64,000 nt of DNA. It comes from an uncultured Gammaproteobacteria bacterium (GTDB lineage: Bacteria > Patescibacteriota > Patescibacteriia > UBA9934 > CAMTUG01). This document shows, piece after piece, positions 9,317 to 18,495 of this stretch. The position numbers and the translations under genes are program-made. The notes beneath the pieces are model-generated. The model ran no database searches, was not told the DNA's origin, and saw only the letters and a list, made by a program, of their open reading frames with translations. Numbering within the stretch: the stretch's first letter is position 1; each line of letters begins with the position of its first letter. The stretch spans positions 93,572 through 157,571 of the forward strand of contig CAZPQJ010000001.1 of assembly GCA_964588955.1 (NCBI GenBank), in the 5' to 3' direction.

Positions 9317-10084
9317 ATGGCGCATATTATTTCGGTGGTCAATCAAAAGGGAGGGGTGGGTAAAACAACCACCAGTGTAAACTTAGGGGCATATTTGGCG
9401 CACTTGGGGAAGTTTGTGTTGATTGTGGATTTGGATCCTCAAGCCAATGCTTCATCCGCCTTCGGTATTAACTATCGAGAAATTCCCGGAGGAACCTATG
9501 AAACGATGATCGGCTCCCATCGTATTAAAGATTTGATCATTCCTACCGAACATGAAGGGCTGAAAATCCTTCCCGCCTCTCCTTCGCTTGCGGGGGCCGC
9601 AGTCGAGTTAGTCAACGAACTGGCTCGTGAGCACAAATTGCATCAAGCATTGCTTGAGGTGCGTAACGATTTTGATTATATTTTGATCGATAATCCTCCG
9701 TCGCTTGGACTTCTCACGATTAATGGATTGGTGGCTTCGGACTCCGTGCTCATTCCGGTGCAAGCGGAATATTTCGCCTTGGAAGGATTGGGACAACTTC
9801 TTGGCACGATCGACTTGATCAAACAATCCTTGAAACCGGAATTGAAAGTGATGGGAGCGGTGATCACGATGTTTGATCCTCGTACGAAGTTGTCGCAAGA
9901 AGTGTTCTCGGAATTGTACAAGTATTTCCCAGACACCATTTACCGTTCGGTGATTCCGCGCAGTGTGCGTTTGGCGGAAGCCCCGAGTTTTGGACAATCC
10001 ATTTTACGTTACGATCCTGCGAGTAAAGCCGCTAAGGCCTATGAACGATTGGCTCGCGAATTTTTATATAGAGAGGAATTATGA
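9317..10084 (+). CDS. parA: Chromosome partitioning ATPase ParA/Soj
   Basis: Deviant Walker A NQKGGVGKTTT and ParA-type motifs, with parB immediately downstream. Confidence 0.9.
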   Translation: MAHIISVVNQKGGVGKTTTSVNLGAYLAHLGKFVLIVDLDPQANASSAFGINYREIPGGTYETMIGSHRIKDLIIPTEHEGLKILPASPSLAGAAVELVNELAREHKLHQALLEVRNDFDYILIDNPPSLGLLTINGLVASDSVLIPVQAEYFALEGLGQLLGTIDLIKQSLKPELKVMGAVITMFDPRTKLSQEVFSELYKYFPDTIYRSVIPRSVRLAEAPSFGQSILRYDPASKAAKAYERLAREFLYREEL

Positions 10085-10947
10085 ACAAATCATCCGGCTT
10101 AGGAAGGGGACTCGGGTCATTGATCCCCATGAAACAACCATTGGTGGCAGCGAGTCCGGCCCTGACAACGCCGAGTGGTTCAGGCGTACGTGAAGTGGCC
10201 CTCGCGTTGATCGTGCCTAACCCGCGCCAGCCGCGACGGCATTTTTCTCCGTCGGAGCTGGAAGATTTAATTGCTTCGATTAAAGAGCATGGATTGCTGC
10301 AGCCGCTCGTGGTTACCGAATTGCCAGACGGACGTTACGAATTGATCGCTGGGGAGCGTCGTTTGCGCGCTTCCACCATGTTGGGACTCAAAGAAGTTCC
10401 GGTGGTTGTGCGCACGGCGAATGATCAGCAAAAACTGGAGTTAGCCTTGATTGAAAATATTCAGCGCCAGGATTTGAATGCTTTGGAAGAGGCGGTGGGG
10501 TATCAAGCGTTGATAGAAGAGTTTCGAATGACACAGGATGACGTGGCTCGGCGCGTGGGGAAGAGCCGTTCGGTGGTGGCTAACACCTTGCGTCTGCTCG
10601 ACTTGCCAAGCGAGATGCAAACTGCGTTAGTCGACGGCAAGATTAGCAAAAGTCACGCCCGCACCTTGTTGGCGGAAACAGATCTAGCGAAACGTGAACA
10701 GTTGTTTCACGCCATGGTGAACGGGTCTGGTATGACTGTCCGCGAAGCGGAGACGCGCGCCAGCGGAGTTAAAAAAATCGGATCTACCCATGCCAAAGAT
10801 CCAAATCTTCTTGACCATGAACGCCGTTTGCGCGAAATCCTCGGAACCAAAGTTGAGATTCTCGACCGCGCCGGAAAAGGAAAGGTCGTTTTGCATTACT
10901 ATTCCAAAGAAGAGCTGCGTGAACTCCTCCATCGTCTCGCAGATTAA
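10081..10947 (+). CDS. parB: Chromosome partitioning protein ParB/Spo0J
   Basis: ParB box LQPLVVTELPDGRYELIAGERRLRA and HTH region; the start overlaps the parA stop. Confidence 0.9.
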   Translation: MNKSSGLGRGLGSLIPMKQPLVAASPALTTPSGSGVREVALALIVPNPRQPRRHFSPSELEDLIASIKEHGLLQPLVVTELPDGRYELIAGERRLRASTMLGLKEVPVVVRTANDQQKLELALIENIQRQDLNALEEAVGYQALIEEFRMTQDDVARRVGKSRSVVANTLRLLDLPSEMQTALVDGKISKSHARTLLAETDLAKREQLFHAMVNGSGMTVREAETRASGVKKIGSTHAKDPNLLDHERRLREILGTKVEILDRAGKGKVVLHYYSKEELRELLHRLAD

Positions 10948-12530
10948 GCTCCTTTGTTTTTCCTTTTCGGCCCGACCATTTTGTCGAGCCACACTTTGAC
11001 CGAACTGCGCGTGGCTTCGCGTAGTTTTGTGCGCGCGTGGTGGGTTTTGACGAATTTAAGCCAGTCCGCGTTCGGACCTTTGCGTTTTTTGTCTAAAATA
11101 ATTTCACACATGTCGCCAGACTGGAGCTCGGTATCTAAGTTGGTCATTTTGTCGTTGACGCGGCAGCCCATGCATTTATCGCCCACGTCGGTGTGAATGG
11201 CATAAGCGAAATCCACCGGCGTTGAACCTTCTGGGAGATCAATCACGTCGCCTTTGGGAGTCAGGACGAAAATACGGTCTTTGAATACCTCCAGCTTCAT
11301 GTCTTCTAGTTGTCCTAAAAAGTCCTGATTGCTATCAATGGCTTTGTGGATTTGCGCCAGCTCGTCCATCCATTTCATGTCTTTGGCTCGTACGCGACCA
11401 CCTTCTTTGTATCTCCAGTGGGCGGCGATACCGTATTCGGCATGATCGTGCATTTCTTGCGTACGGATTTGTAATTCTACAATCGCTCCGCGATCGGCAA
11501 AGATGGTCGTGTGCAAAGACTGATAGCCATTGGGCTTTGGTTGAGAAATGTAGTCTTTAATTCTTCCGGGGAGCGGTTTCCAGCGTTTGTGCAGAATGCC
11601 AAGAACGGCATAGCATTGACTGACGTCGGAAACAATAATACGAATAGCGATGATGTCGTAAACTTTGTTAATGTCGTCGTTATACTTTTCCAGTTTGCGA
11701 TACAGGCTGTACAAACGCTTCACGCGACCGTGAATAGAGATGGGCTCGATGGCGTTTTCTTGCAAGTCTTTCTTCGCCTCTTCCATGGTGCGATTTACAA
11801 CCATCTCCTTTTCTTTAACTTGGCGTTCCAAGAGTGTGTTGACGTATTGATACGCTTTCGGATCGGCATGCATGAACGCCAAATCTTCCAAATCACCACG
11901 CATCTCTCCCATGCCCAATCGGTTAGCGATGGGAGCATAGATTTCCAGGACTTCTTTGGCGATGCGAAGTTGTTTTTCTTTGGGGCGAGCAAAGAGGGTA
12001 CGCAAGTTGTGTAGACGATCGGCAAACTTAATGAATACGACACGCACGTCTTCGGCCATAGCCAAAAACATCCGCCGCATATTTTCGGCGTAAATATCGT
12101 TGCCGACGTATTTGAGTTTTTTGAGTTTGGTGACCGCTTCAACAAGCTTGGCAACATCTTCTCCAAATTCTGTCTGTAGGTGTTCGATCGTAATATCGGT
12201 ATCTTCGACGACGTCGTGTAGGAGTCCGGCGGCTAAGCAGCTCATCCCTAATCGCATTTGTGCCAATTTATAGGCGGTAGCCAAAGGGTGAACAATGTAG
12301 TCATGACCCGTTTGGCGTTTTTTCCCCTCATGCGCTTTGGCAGCCAACGCATAAGCTCGCCCGATTAGATCAAGATCAGGTTGCTCATAGTTCTTTTTAA
12401 TAAGATCCACGAGTTCGTCAAAGTTGTACTCAATCTTTTGGTCGACCATAGACACCATCTTAGAGTACGATCGACCGAGGTTTTTGTAAAGATTGGCTAA
12501 AGAAGTCGATATGAAAGCGCCTCCGCACAC
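10944..12530 (-). CDS. rel: Bifunctional (p)ppGpp synthetase/hydrolase Rel/SpoT, short form ending after the TGS domain
   Basis: HD hydrolase motif HDVVEDT, synthetase domain (YQSLHTTI..GAIVELQIRT) and TGS (IFVLTPKGDVIDLPEGSTPVDFAYAIH) are present. 528 aa with no ACT/RRM C-terminal region. Confidence 0.9.
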   Translation of the reverse strand: MCGGAFISTSLANLYKNLGRSYSKMVSMVDQKIEYNFDELVDLIKKNYEQPDLDLIGRAYALAAKAHEGKKRQTGHDYIVHPLATAYKLAQMRLGMSCLAAGLLHDVVEDTDITIEHLQTEFGEDVAKLVEAVTKLKKLKYVGNDIYAENMRRMFLAMAEDVRVVFIKFADRLHNLRTLFARPKEKQLRIAKEVLEIYAPIANRLGMGEMRGDLEDLAFMHADPKAYQYVNTLLERQVKEKEMVVNRTMEEAKKDLQENAIEPISIHGRVKRLYSLYRKLEKYNDDINKVYDIIAIRIIVSDVSQCYAVLGILHKRWKPLPGRIKDYISQPKPNGYQSLHTTIFADRGAIVELQIRTQEMHDHAEYGIAAHWRYKEGGRVRAKDMKWMDELAQIHKAIDSNQDFLGQLEDMKLEVFKDRIFVLTPKGDVIDLPEGSTPVDFAYAIHTDVGDKCMGCRVNDKMTNLDTELQSGDMCEIILDKKRKGPNADWLKFVKTHHARTKLREATRSSVKVWLDKMVGPKRKNKGA

Positions 12531-12545
12531 GAGGGGGCGGAGGGG

Positions 12546-13172
12546 CTATACTAGTTGGAATCCAAAGAGGCCGTGGAAGCAGATTGCCTCGAGGATACGG
12601 TAGAGGTCTAAACTGATGGGTCGGCCGGTAGACGTTACTCCGCGCTGGATTTCATCCAGTGGTGCAAAGTAAACGCGCGGATCGTTTCCGCTTGCCCGCT
12701 GGAAGTCCTCCATCCAGTCCGGTGGAATGACGGTGAGAGAGCAGAAGATGGCAGACGTGGTCGGAATGGGCTTGGTGTATCTCGTACCATCGCCGCGTTT
12801 GTTGCGTAGTCGAATCATCGGGTAGTCGAAAAGGAACTTGACCTGGCGGCGGGCGTGCGCTGTTCGCAAGGGGCGGCGGACGATCGGCGGCTGCATTTCC
12901 TCATCACCTTCTTGGCACACCTCGCGACGCACCGCGGCACGGCGCGACTCGCGTTGCATGCGTGAAAGCTTCCGGATGACGCCGTCGACTTCGTCGGCCG
13001 GGACAATGCGAATGATGTCTTGACCAAGCGCATCTTGCATTTTTCCACTGAAAGGCCAGTATTGACCACGGTCCTTGTGCCAGTGGGTTAAAAGGCGCCC
13101 TCGCTCATCGACCACGATCGCGGCCGCAAGAGCGAGCACGCGTTCAAGGCCCGGTCGGTAGATCTTCTTCAC
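12546..13172 (-). CDS. Hypothetical protein, possibly a divergent NUDIX-fold hydrolase
   Basis: The N-terminus LALAAAIVVDERGRLLTHWHKDRGQYWPFSGK resembles the NUDIX beta-strand/GG region, but no canonical Nudix box is visible. GC is higher than in neighbouring genes. Confidence 0.3.
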   Translation of the reverse strand: MKKIYRPGLERVLALAAAIVVDERGRLLTHWHKDRGQYWPFSGKMQDALGQDIIRIVPADEVDGVIRKLSRMQRESRRAAVRREVCQEGDEEMQPPIVRRPLRTAHARRQVKFLFDYPMIRLRNKRGDGTRYTKPIPTTSAIFCSLTVIPPDWMEDFQRASGNDPRVYFAPLDEIQRGVTSTGRPISLDLYRILEAICFHGLFGFQLV

Positions 13173-13319
13173 GAAGACCTCCTATGAGTGAGGTTGGGGT
13201 AGGATTGATTGACGATCCCGCATCAACGATGAGGCTTTTTGACGACATTGTCAAGGATTGCGCCTTCGCACGGGGAGCGGTAAACTATCCGTAACATCTT
13301 TGATTGATTGTGTTGATGT

Positions 13320-14792
13320 ATGGCTAGAACAAGGTTTCAAACAGGACGCGGAGGCGGCACCCGACCACCGGATCATCCACCTGGTGGAGCACCGGCAGCA
13401 CCGGATCGTACGTTGAGGATTGTGGACACGAAAGCGGCTCTCGAGGCTGCCGTAGAAGTTCGTAAAGCAGAGGTTGAACGCATTAAGACGAAGGAAGCGG
13501 CCGAAAAACGAAGAGCACAGGCACATGCGGATATGTTGGCAGCGCAAGCGCGTGTCCAGGATAATTTTCGCTACGACATTGCTGGGGTGCCAAATTCAGC
13601 CGATGCCGACGCGCCGCGAGAAGTCCACTTTAATCTGAAGGCATCAAGTGGAACCGACGTCGACTTGGCGGCGTTTTTGCCAGAGTTGCGTGGCATGCGG
13701 TTGTTGGTTGGTGAGGAGAAACTACGGCGCATGGAAACAGAAGAGATCGATGCGGAAACCCATGAACGCGTCGTGCGTGTTCCAGAAGCCTTGTTGGTGG
13801 AGGGAGATGGTACATCTGCCGCAGACACAGGCAAGTTACTTTTGTTTATTGAACAAGCGGTTGCCTTGGACACGCCAGAAACCAAGGCACAGGTTGCCGC
13901 GGAGAAAAAGTTGAGCGGGGCGATTGCTGGCATGTTCAAAAAACGACCGCTTGTGCGGGTGCGGGAATATAAAGCGATGGAAGAAGCGGTGGTGCGCGCG
14001 CGAGCGGAGAAGGCGGAGATGGTAGAAGAACTCGTTGAAGAAGTCGTTAAAGAAATTAAGGAAAAGGAGCACATCGATTTATTTGCACCGTTTGGAGGTG
14101 AAGAAGGGTGGAAAAAACAGTATCGTGAACGCTTGGAAGCGGAGTACAAAGCATCGGAATACTTGTTTGCCCCCAAGGAGTTAAAACAAGAAGAGCACGG
14201 GCATGATGAGGGCCATGCGGAAGAGGGCCACGGCCACGGCCATGGTCATGGAGGATCCAAAGGCGTGTTTGGAGTCTTTAAGGACGCGGCCAAAGAGACA
14301 AAGAATATTTTTGTCACTCTCGATAATGATCTCACCATCCGTGTCGCGGCTATCGACGCGCATTTTGCGAAGGAGGAAAAAGAGATTCATCACCGTTTGA
14401 AAACGATCAAAGAGGAGGAAAAACATGATAAGGAGCATAGAACGACGGTGCCGTTCTTTAGCAAGGAAATGCTAAAACGTCTCGGCACAGATGCGAAACG
14501 ATTTGTAAAAAAGAGCGGAGTGACTGCGGAATTGGGCTGGGAAGAAACAAAACGGTTAACGTACAAATATCCCGGAACCGCTGTTAAGTCGTTGTCCTAC
14601 GTTGGTGGACTAGCGGCAGTGCCGACAATCTCGCTTGGAATGGGGATTTGGGGTCTCACCAATTTGCCGGGTTTGAAAGGAGCTAAAGAAGAAGTTGCTA
14701 ACTGGATCAACTGGGGGATGGGGTTGGTAGGACTACCCTGGGAGATTCCTACAGGCAAGAAAAAAGGTGGCGGCGGACACGATCATCATTAA
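13320..14792 (+). CDS. Hypothetical coiled-coil protein with His-rich segments and C-terminal hydrophobic region
   Basis: Long Ala/Glu/Lys-rich helical stretches, an HGHDEGHAEEGHGHGHGHGG tract, a C-terminal GGGGHDHH, and predicted TM or amphipathic segments near the C-terminus. Confidence 0.45.
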   Translation: MARTRFQTGRGGGTRPPDHPPGGAPAAPDRTLRIVDTKAALEAAVEVRKAEVERIKTKEAAEKRRAQAHADMLAAQARVQDNFRYDIAGVPNSADADAPREVHFNLKASSGTDVDLAAFLPELRGMRLLVGEEKLRRMETEEIDAETHERVVRVPEALLVEGDGTSAADTGKLLLFIEQAVALDTPETKAQVAAEKKLSGAIAGMFKKRPLVRVREYKAMEEAVVRARAEKAEMVEELVEEVVKEIKEKEHIDLFAPFGGEEGWKKQYRERLEAEYKASEYLFAPKELKQEEHGHDEGHAEEGHGHGHGHGGSKGVFGVFKDAAKETKNIFVTLDNDLTIRVAAIDAHFAKEEKEIHHRLKTIKEEEKHDKEHRTTVPFFSKEMLKRLGTDAKRFVKKSGVTAELGWEETKRLTYKYPGTAVKSLSYVGGLAAVPTISLGMGIWGLTNLPGLKGAKEEVANWINWGMGLVGLPWEIPTGKKKGGGGHDHH

Positions 14793-14796
14793 TAAC

Positions 14797-14826
14797 CAAA
14801 AAGACCCTTGGTGGGTCTTTTTGATT
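14797..14826. terminator. Bidirectional intrinsic terminator between convergent genes (13320..14792 and topA)
   Basis: Stem AAAGACCC/GGGTCTTT with loop TTGGT, with an A-run on one side and a T-run on the other. Confidence 0.65.
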
Positions 14827-17066
14827 TATTCCTCGCTAGACGTTTCTTCGCTTTGCTTTTTGAAATCGCACTCTTTGTTGGAACATTTGATGACGCCCTT
14901 GGCAGCAAAAACGAGAAGGGATTTACAGGTGGGGCAGGTTTCGCCATTGGGTTTGTTCCATAAGGCAAATTTACAGTCTGGATAGCGGTTGCAGGAATAG
15001 AAGACTTTGCCGCGCTTGGAGCGCTTCTCGGTGATGTCGCCTTCTTTACATTCCGGACATTTGACCCCGATCCCTTTGTCCATCGATTTGATCGTTTTGC
15101 ATTCTGGATAGCGTGAACAGGAAAGGAAAGAGCCGAAGCGGCCTTGCTTAATCACCATCGGGGCTTGGCAGGCGGAGCATTTCTCTTCTGTACTCAAGAC
15201 TTCCATCTTTTCCGTGTCTTGTTTGAGTGGCTTGGTATTTTTGCATTCTGGGAATCCGGTGCAGGCGAGGAATTTGCCGAAGCGGCCGAATTTAATCACC
15301 ATCGGCTTACCGCATTTTTCGCACACCTCTTCGGTAGGAATTTCTTCCCGCTTGGTCTTGGCAATCTCTCCTTCTTTGGCTTTGAGGGCGGCGGCAAACG
15401 GTTCCCAAAACGCGGAGAGCATGGGGCCCCATTCCACCGTGCCCTCGGCCACTTCGTCGAGCGACGTTTCCATGTTGGCGGTAAACTGATAGTCAACAAT
15501 GTTGGGGAAGTGTTCCATCAGCAAGTCGGTGACTTGTCCGGCCACGGGAGTGGGAAAGAGTTTTTTGCTTTCATCGCGTTCCACATATCCGCGATCGATT
15601 ACTGTGGCAATCGTCGGCGCATAGGTGGACGGACGCCCAATGCCATGTTCTTCCAGTACCTTCACGAGCGAGGCGTCGGAATAACGCGCTGGTGGTTCGG
15701 TAAAGTGCTGTGTTGGGGTGATGCTGACGGCCTCGACGGCATCGCCTTGGTTCATGGCTGGCAGCAAGGTTTCTTTAGCCGCTTTGTAGACTTTCATGAA
15801 GCCGTCAAACACAACAATCGAACCATTGGCACGGAACGCCGTGTCGATACCTTCTGCCACGATATCTACCGCCGTGCGCTCGAGTTCCGCTTCCGGCATT
15901 TGGGTGGCCATAGTGCGGCGCCAAATGAGGTTGTAGAGTTTCCATTCCGCACCTTCAAGATCGTTTTTCAACAGCGTTGGTTCGGCAGCGGCATCGGTTG
16001 GGCGGATAGCTTCGTGCGCTTCTTGCGCTCCTTTGGATTTGGTTTTAAATTTGCGCGGCTCGCTCAATTGATACTCTTTGCCGTACTCCTTGCCGATGAA
16101 TTCACTGGCGGAATGCAAGAAGGCGTCGGCCAGGTTCATGGAGTCGGTACGCATGTAAGTGATGCGCCCCGTTTCATACAGGCGCTGCGCGGTCATCATG
16201 GTCATTTTGGCGCTCATCCCCAGTTTGGTGTTAGCCTCTTGCTGTAAGGAAGAGGTGGTAAGCGGTGTTGGCGCCGCCTTTTTGACCTGCTTTTTTGCGA
16301 CCTCGCCAACGGTGAATGGCTTACCTGCCACGGCATCAACAATTGCTTTGGCCTCGGCGTCATTTTTGATATCGAGCTTTTCAATCTTTTTGCCGTTGGC
16401 ACGAATGAGTCCTGCCTCAAACTCCATGCCGTCCTTTTTGAACAGGCCATCAATCGACCAGTATTCTTCTTTCTTGAACGCTTCGCGCTCGCGCTCGCGC
16501 TCCACAATCAAGCGCACGGCAACGGATTGCACGCGCCCGGCAGAAAGCCCGCGCTGAATTTTTTTCCACAGAAGTGGCGAAAGGGAATAGCCGACCAAGC
16601 GGTCGAGCACGCGTCGCGCTTGCTGGGCGTCGACCATGCGCATGTCCAAATGCCGCGGATGTTCCACGGCGGCGTCGATGGCAGTTTTGGTGATTTCGTG
16701 AAAGGTAATGCGTTTGGCTTTGTCTTCCGGAATCTCTAAAATTTCCGCCAAGTGCCAGCTGATCGCTTCTCCTTCACGGTCCTCGTCTGTTGCCAGGTAG
16801 ACTTCATCTGCTTTGGCTGCCGCTTTTTTGAGGGCAGTGACATTTTTGCGTGCCTTGGTTGGAATGACGTACTTGGGCGTGAAGCCGTGCTCCACGTCTA
16901 CGCCGATGTTGTTTTTTGGTAAGTCGCGTACATGACCAAAACTGGAAAGGACGACATAGTCCTTTCCAAGATATTTGGAGATCGTTTTCGCTTTAGTGGG
17001 AGACTCGACGATGAGGAGCTTGGCCATAATGTCGTCGATAGTGCCATTGAAAAGTGTCGCTGTCAA
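14826..17066 (-). CDS. topA: DNA topoisomerase I with C-terminal tandem C4 zinc-ribbon domains
   Basis: TOPRIM N-terminus (LLIVESPTKAKTISKYLG), a catalytic Tyr region, and three Cys4 zinc ribbons (CEKCGKPM..CTGFPEC; CSACQAPM..CSRYPEC; CPECKEG..CNRYPDC). Confidence 0.95.
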   Translation of the reverse strand: MTATLFNGTIDDIMAKLLIVESPTKAKTISKYLGKDYVVLSSFGHVRDLPKNNIGVDVEHGFTPKYVIPTKARKNVTALKKAAAKADEVYLATDEDREGEAISWHLAEILEIPEDKAKRITFHEITKTAIDAAVEHPRHLDMRMVDAQQARRVLDRLVGYSLSPLLWKKIQRGLSAGRVQSVAVRLIVEREREREAFKKEEYWSIDGLFKKDGMEFEAGLIRANGKKIEKLDIKNDAEAKAIVDAVAGKPFTVGEVAKKQVKKAAPTPLTTSSLQQEANTKLGMSAKMTMMTAQRLYETGRITYMRTDSMNLADAFLHSASEFIGKEYGKEYQLSEPRKFKTKSKGAQEAHEAIRPTDAAAEPTLLKNDLEGAEWKLYNLIWRRTMATQMPEAELERTAVDIVAEGIDTAFRANGSIVVFDGFMKVYKAAKETLLPAMNQGDAVEAVSITPTQHFTEPPARYSDASLVKVLEEHGIGRPSTYAPTIATVIDRGYVERDESKKLFPTPVAGQVTDLLMEHFPNIVDYQFTANMETSLDEVAEGTVEWGPMLSAFWEPFAAALKAKEGEIAKTKREEIPTEEVCEKCGKPMVIKFGRFGKFLACTGFPECKNTKPLKQDTEKMEVLSTEEKCSACQAPMVIKQGRFGSFLSCSRYPECKTIKSMDKGIGVKCPECKEGDITEKRSKRGKVFYSCNRYPDCKFALWNKPNGETCPTCKSLLVFAAKGVIKCSNKECDFKKQSEETSSEE

Positions 17067-17073
17067 GAAGTCC

Positions 17074-17937
17074 CTAGCAGATAATGTAATAATTTCCTCC
17101 CACGTGGCGCACTTTCCCTTTGATTTCCATGAGCGTTAAGGAGGTGCCAACGACTTTAGCGGAAAGCGTGCTTTCACGAATAATGACGTCCATATGTTTG
17201 GGTTGTCTGCCAAGGGTGGGGAGGATCAAGGCTTCTTCTTTTGTATCGGCTTTGACGGGACCAACAGGATCGCGCTCCAGTGCCGCCCCGGACAAATTGA
17301 GAATATCTAAAATGTCATTGGCGGAAGTTACCAAATGAGCACCTTCTTGTATAAGGTGATTTGTTCCTTTACTACTTTCGGCATCGATTGGACCTGGCAC
17401 GGAAAAAATCTGGCGTCCTTGATTACGTGCCGCAGCGGCGGTGAGCAGGGATCCTGAAGCTTGCGTGGCCTCAATTACGAGTGTTCCTAGACACATCCCA
17501 CTGATCGTAAGATTACGGATAGGGAAGTGATGCTTGCGGGCAAAACTTCCTTCAGGGAACTGGCTCATGATTGTTCCACCGTGATTGAGAATGCGGTCTC
17601 CAAGGAGAATATGATCAACAGGCGTCACGCGGTCGGCGCCAGATCCCAACACCGCGATCGTGCGTCCACCAACGTCAATCGCCGACTCGTGAGCAATGGC
17701 ATCAATCCCAAAGGCCAAGCCGGATACGATCGTCAAACCTGCTTGCGCTAGCGGCTCAACAAGCTGGCGCGCCATCCGTTTTCCGTAGTCCGTACACATA
17801 CGGCTTCCAACAACGGCAATCATTGGCGCGTCCGGCTGAAGCGGTTCTCCCCGTATGTAAAGAACCTTCGGAGGATGTTCAATCTCTCGAAGGAGGCGGG
17901 GATATTCAGGACAGGTCAGGTCGATTTTTTTGAGCAC
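17074..17937 (-). CDS. dprA: DNA processing protein DprA (Rossmann-fold DNA-binding, SMF family)
   Basis: MIAVVGSRMCTDYGKRMARQL and GLAFGIDAIAHESAI are SMF/DprA signatures; GTG start, with the conserved dprA-topA arrangement. Confidence 0.85.
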   Translation of the reverse strand: MLKKIDLTCPEYPRLLREIEHPPKVLYIRGEPLQPDAPMIAVVGSRMCTDYGKRMARQLVEPLAQAGLTIVSGLAFGIDAIAHESAIDVGGRTIAVLGSGADRVTPVDHILLGDRILNHGGTIMSQFPEGSFARKHHFPIRNLTISGMCLGTLVIEATQASGSLLTAAAARNQGRQIFSVPGPIDAESSKGTNHLIQEGAHLVTSANDILDILNLSGAALERDPVGPVKADTKEEALILPTLGRQPKHMDVIIRESTLSAKVVGTSLTLMEIKGKVRHVGGNYYIIC

Positions 17938-17949
17938 ACGTTGTGTTCA
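17929..17949. promoter_or_regulatory. Palindrome TTGAGCACA-CGT-TGTGTTCAA (site 2 of 3) overlapping the dprA start codon
   Basis: One mismatch relative to the motif at 8192 and 43503. It sits in the 18-nt gap between the pth stop and the dprA GTG start. Confidence 0.4.
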
Positions 17950-17955
17950 AAGGAG

Positions 17956-18495
17956 TTATTTTTCGATCTCTGCCACGACCCCATCTATTACGGCGTCTAA
18001 ATTTTTCTTCTCTTCTGTCGACCACTTGCCCAGCACCCAATTCTCCACTGCAACTTCTCCAGCCCCACCCTCCTTAACAGGTCGTCCAATCCCGATCCGT
18101 ACGCGGGTGAATCCCTTCTCCCCACCAAAGGCGTCGATAATCGACTGCACCCCGTTATGACCAGCCGATCCCTGGCCTTCTTTGATCAAGACACTGCCAA
18201 ATGGTAAATCCAAATCATCGTGTACCACCGTTACGTCTGTTAACAGAATCTTATAATACTGGATGACCTCGCGCACGGATTGCCCGGAAGCGTTCATGAA
18301 GGTGAGTGGTTTAAGCAACAATATTTTTTCATCGTGCAGACGTCCTTCAGCGATTTCTCCATTGAACTTTTTTGATGGGCTCACACCTAGGCGTTGCATC
18401 AGTTTGTCAACGACAAGAAAGCCGACGTTGTGGCGGGTATCCTCGTATTCTTTGCCAGGATTTCCGAGCCCGACAATCAGGTGCATAAGAAACAT
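17956..18495 (-). CDS. pth: Peptidyl-tRNA hydrolase
   Basis: LIVGLGNPGKEYEDTRHNVGF matches the canonical Pth N-terminus. Confidence 0.95.
   Translation of the reverse strand: MFLMHLIVGLGNPGKEYEDTRHNVGFLVVDKLMQRLGVSPSKKFNGEIAEGRLHDEKILLLKPLTFMNASGQSVREVIQYYKILLTDVTVVHDDLDLPFGSVLIKEGQGSAGHNGVQSIIDAFGGEKGFTRVRIGIGRPVKEGGAGEVAVENWVLGKWSTEEKKNLDAVIDGVVAEIEK

Noticed and set aside
10690-10725. parS-like sequence inside parB (GAAACGTGAACAGTTGTTTCACGCC)
   Set aside because: It contains TGTTTCACG and a near-inverse half, but the halves are swapped relative to the canonical TGTTTCACGTGAAACA palindrome, so it is not a bona fide parS. A genome-wide search for the 16-mer would be needed.
13230-13250. 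Weak palindrome TTGAC-GACATT-GTCAA upstream of the 13320 ORF
   Set aside because: It has only 5-bp arms. That is too short to separate from chance, and there are no additional copies.
15144-16247. 367-aa plus-strand ORF antisense to topA
   Set aside because: It is wholly embedded in the strongly supported topoisomerase I gene. The translation is Gly/Phe/His-rich with no motifs, so it is an antisense artefact.
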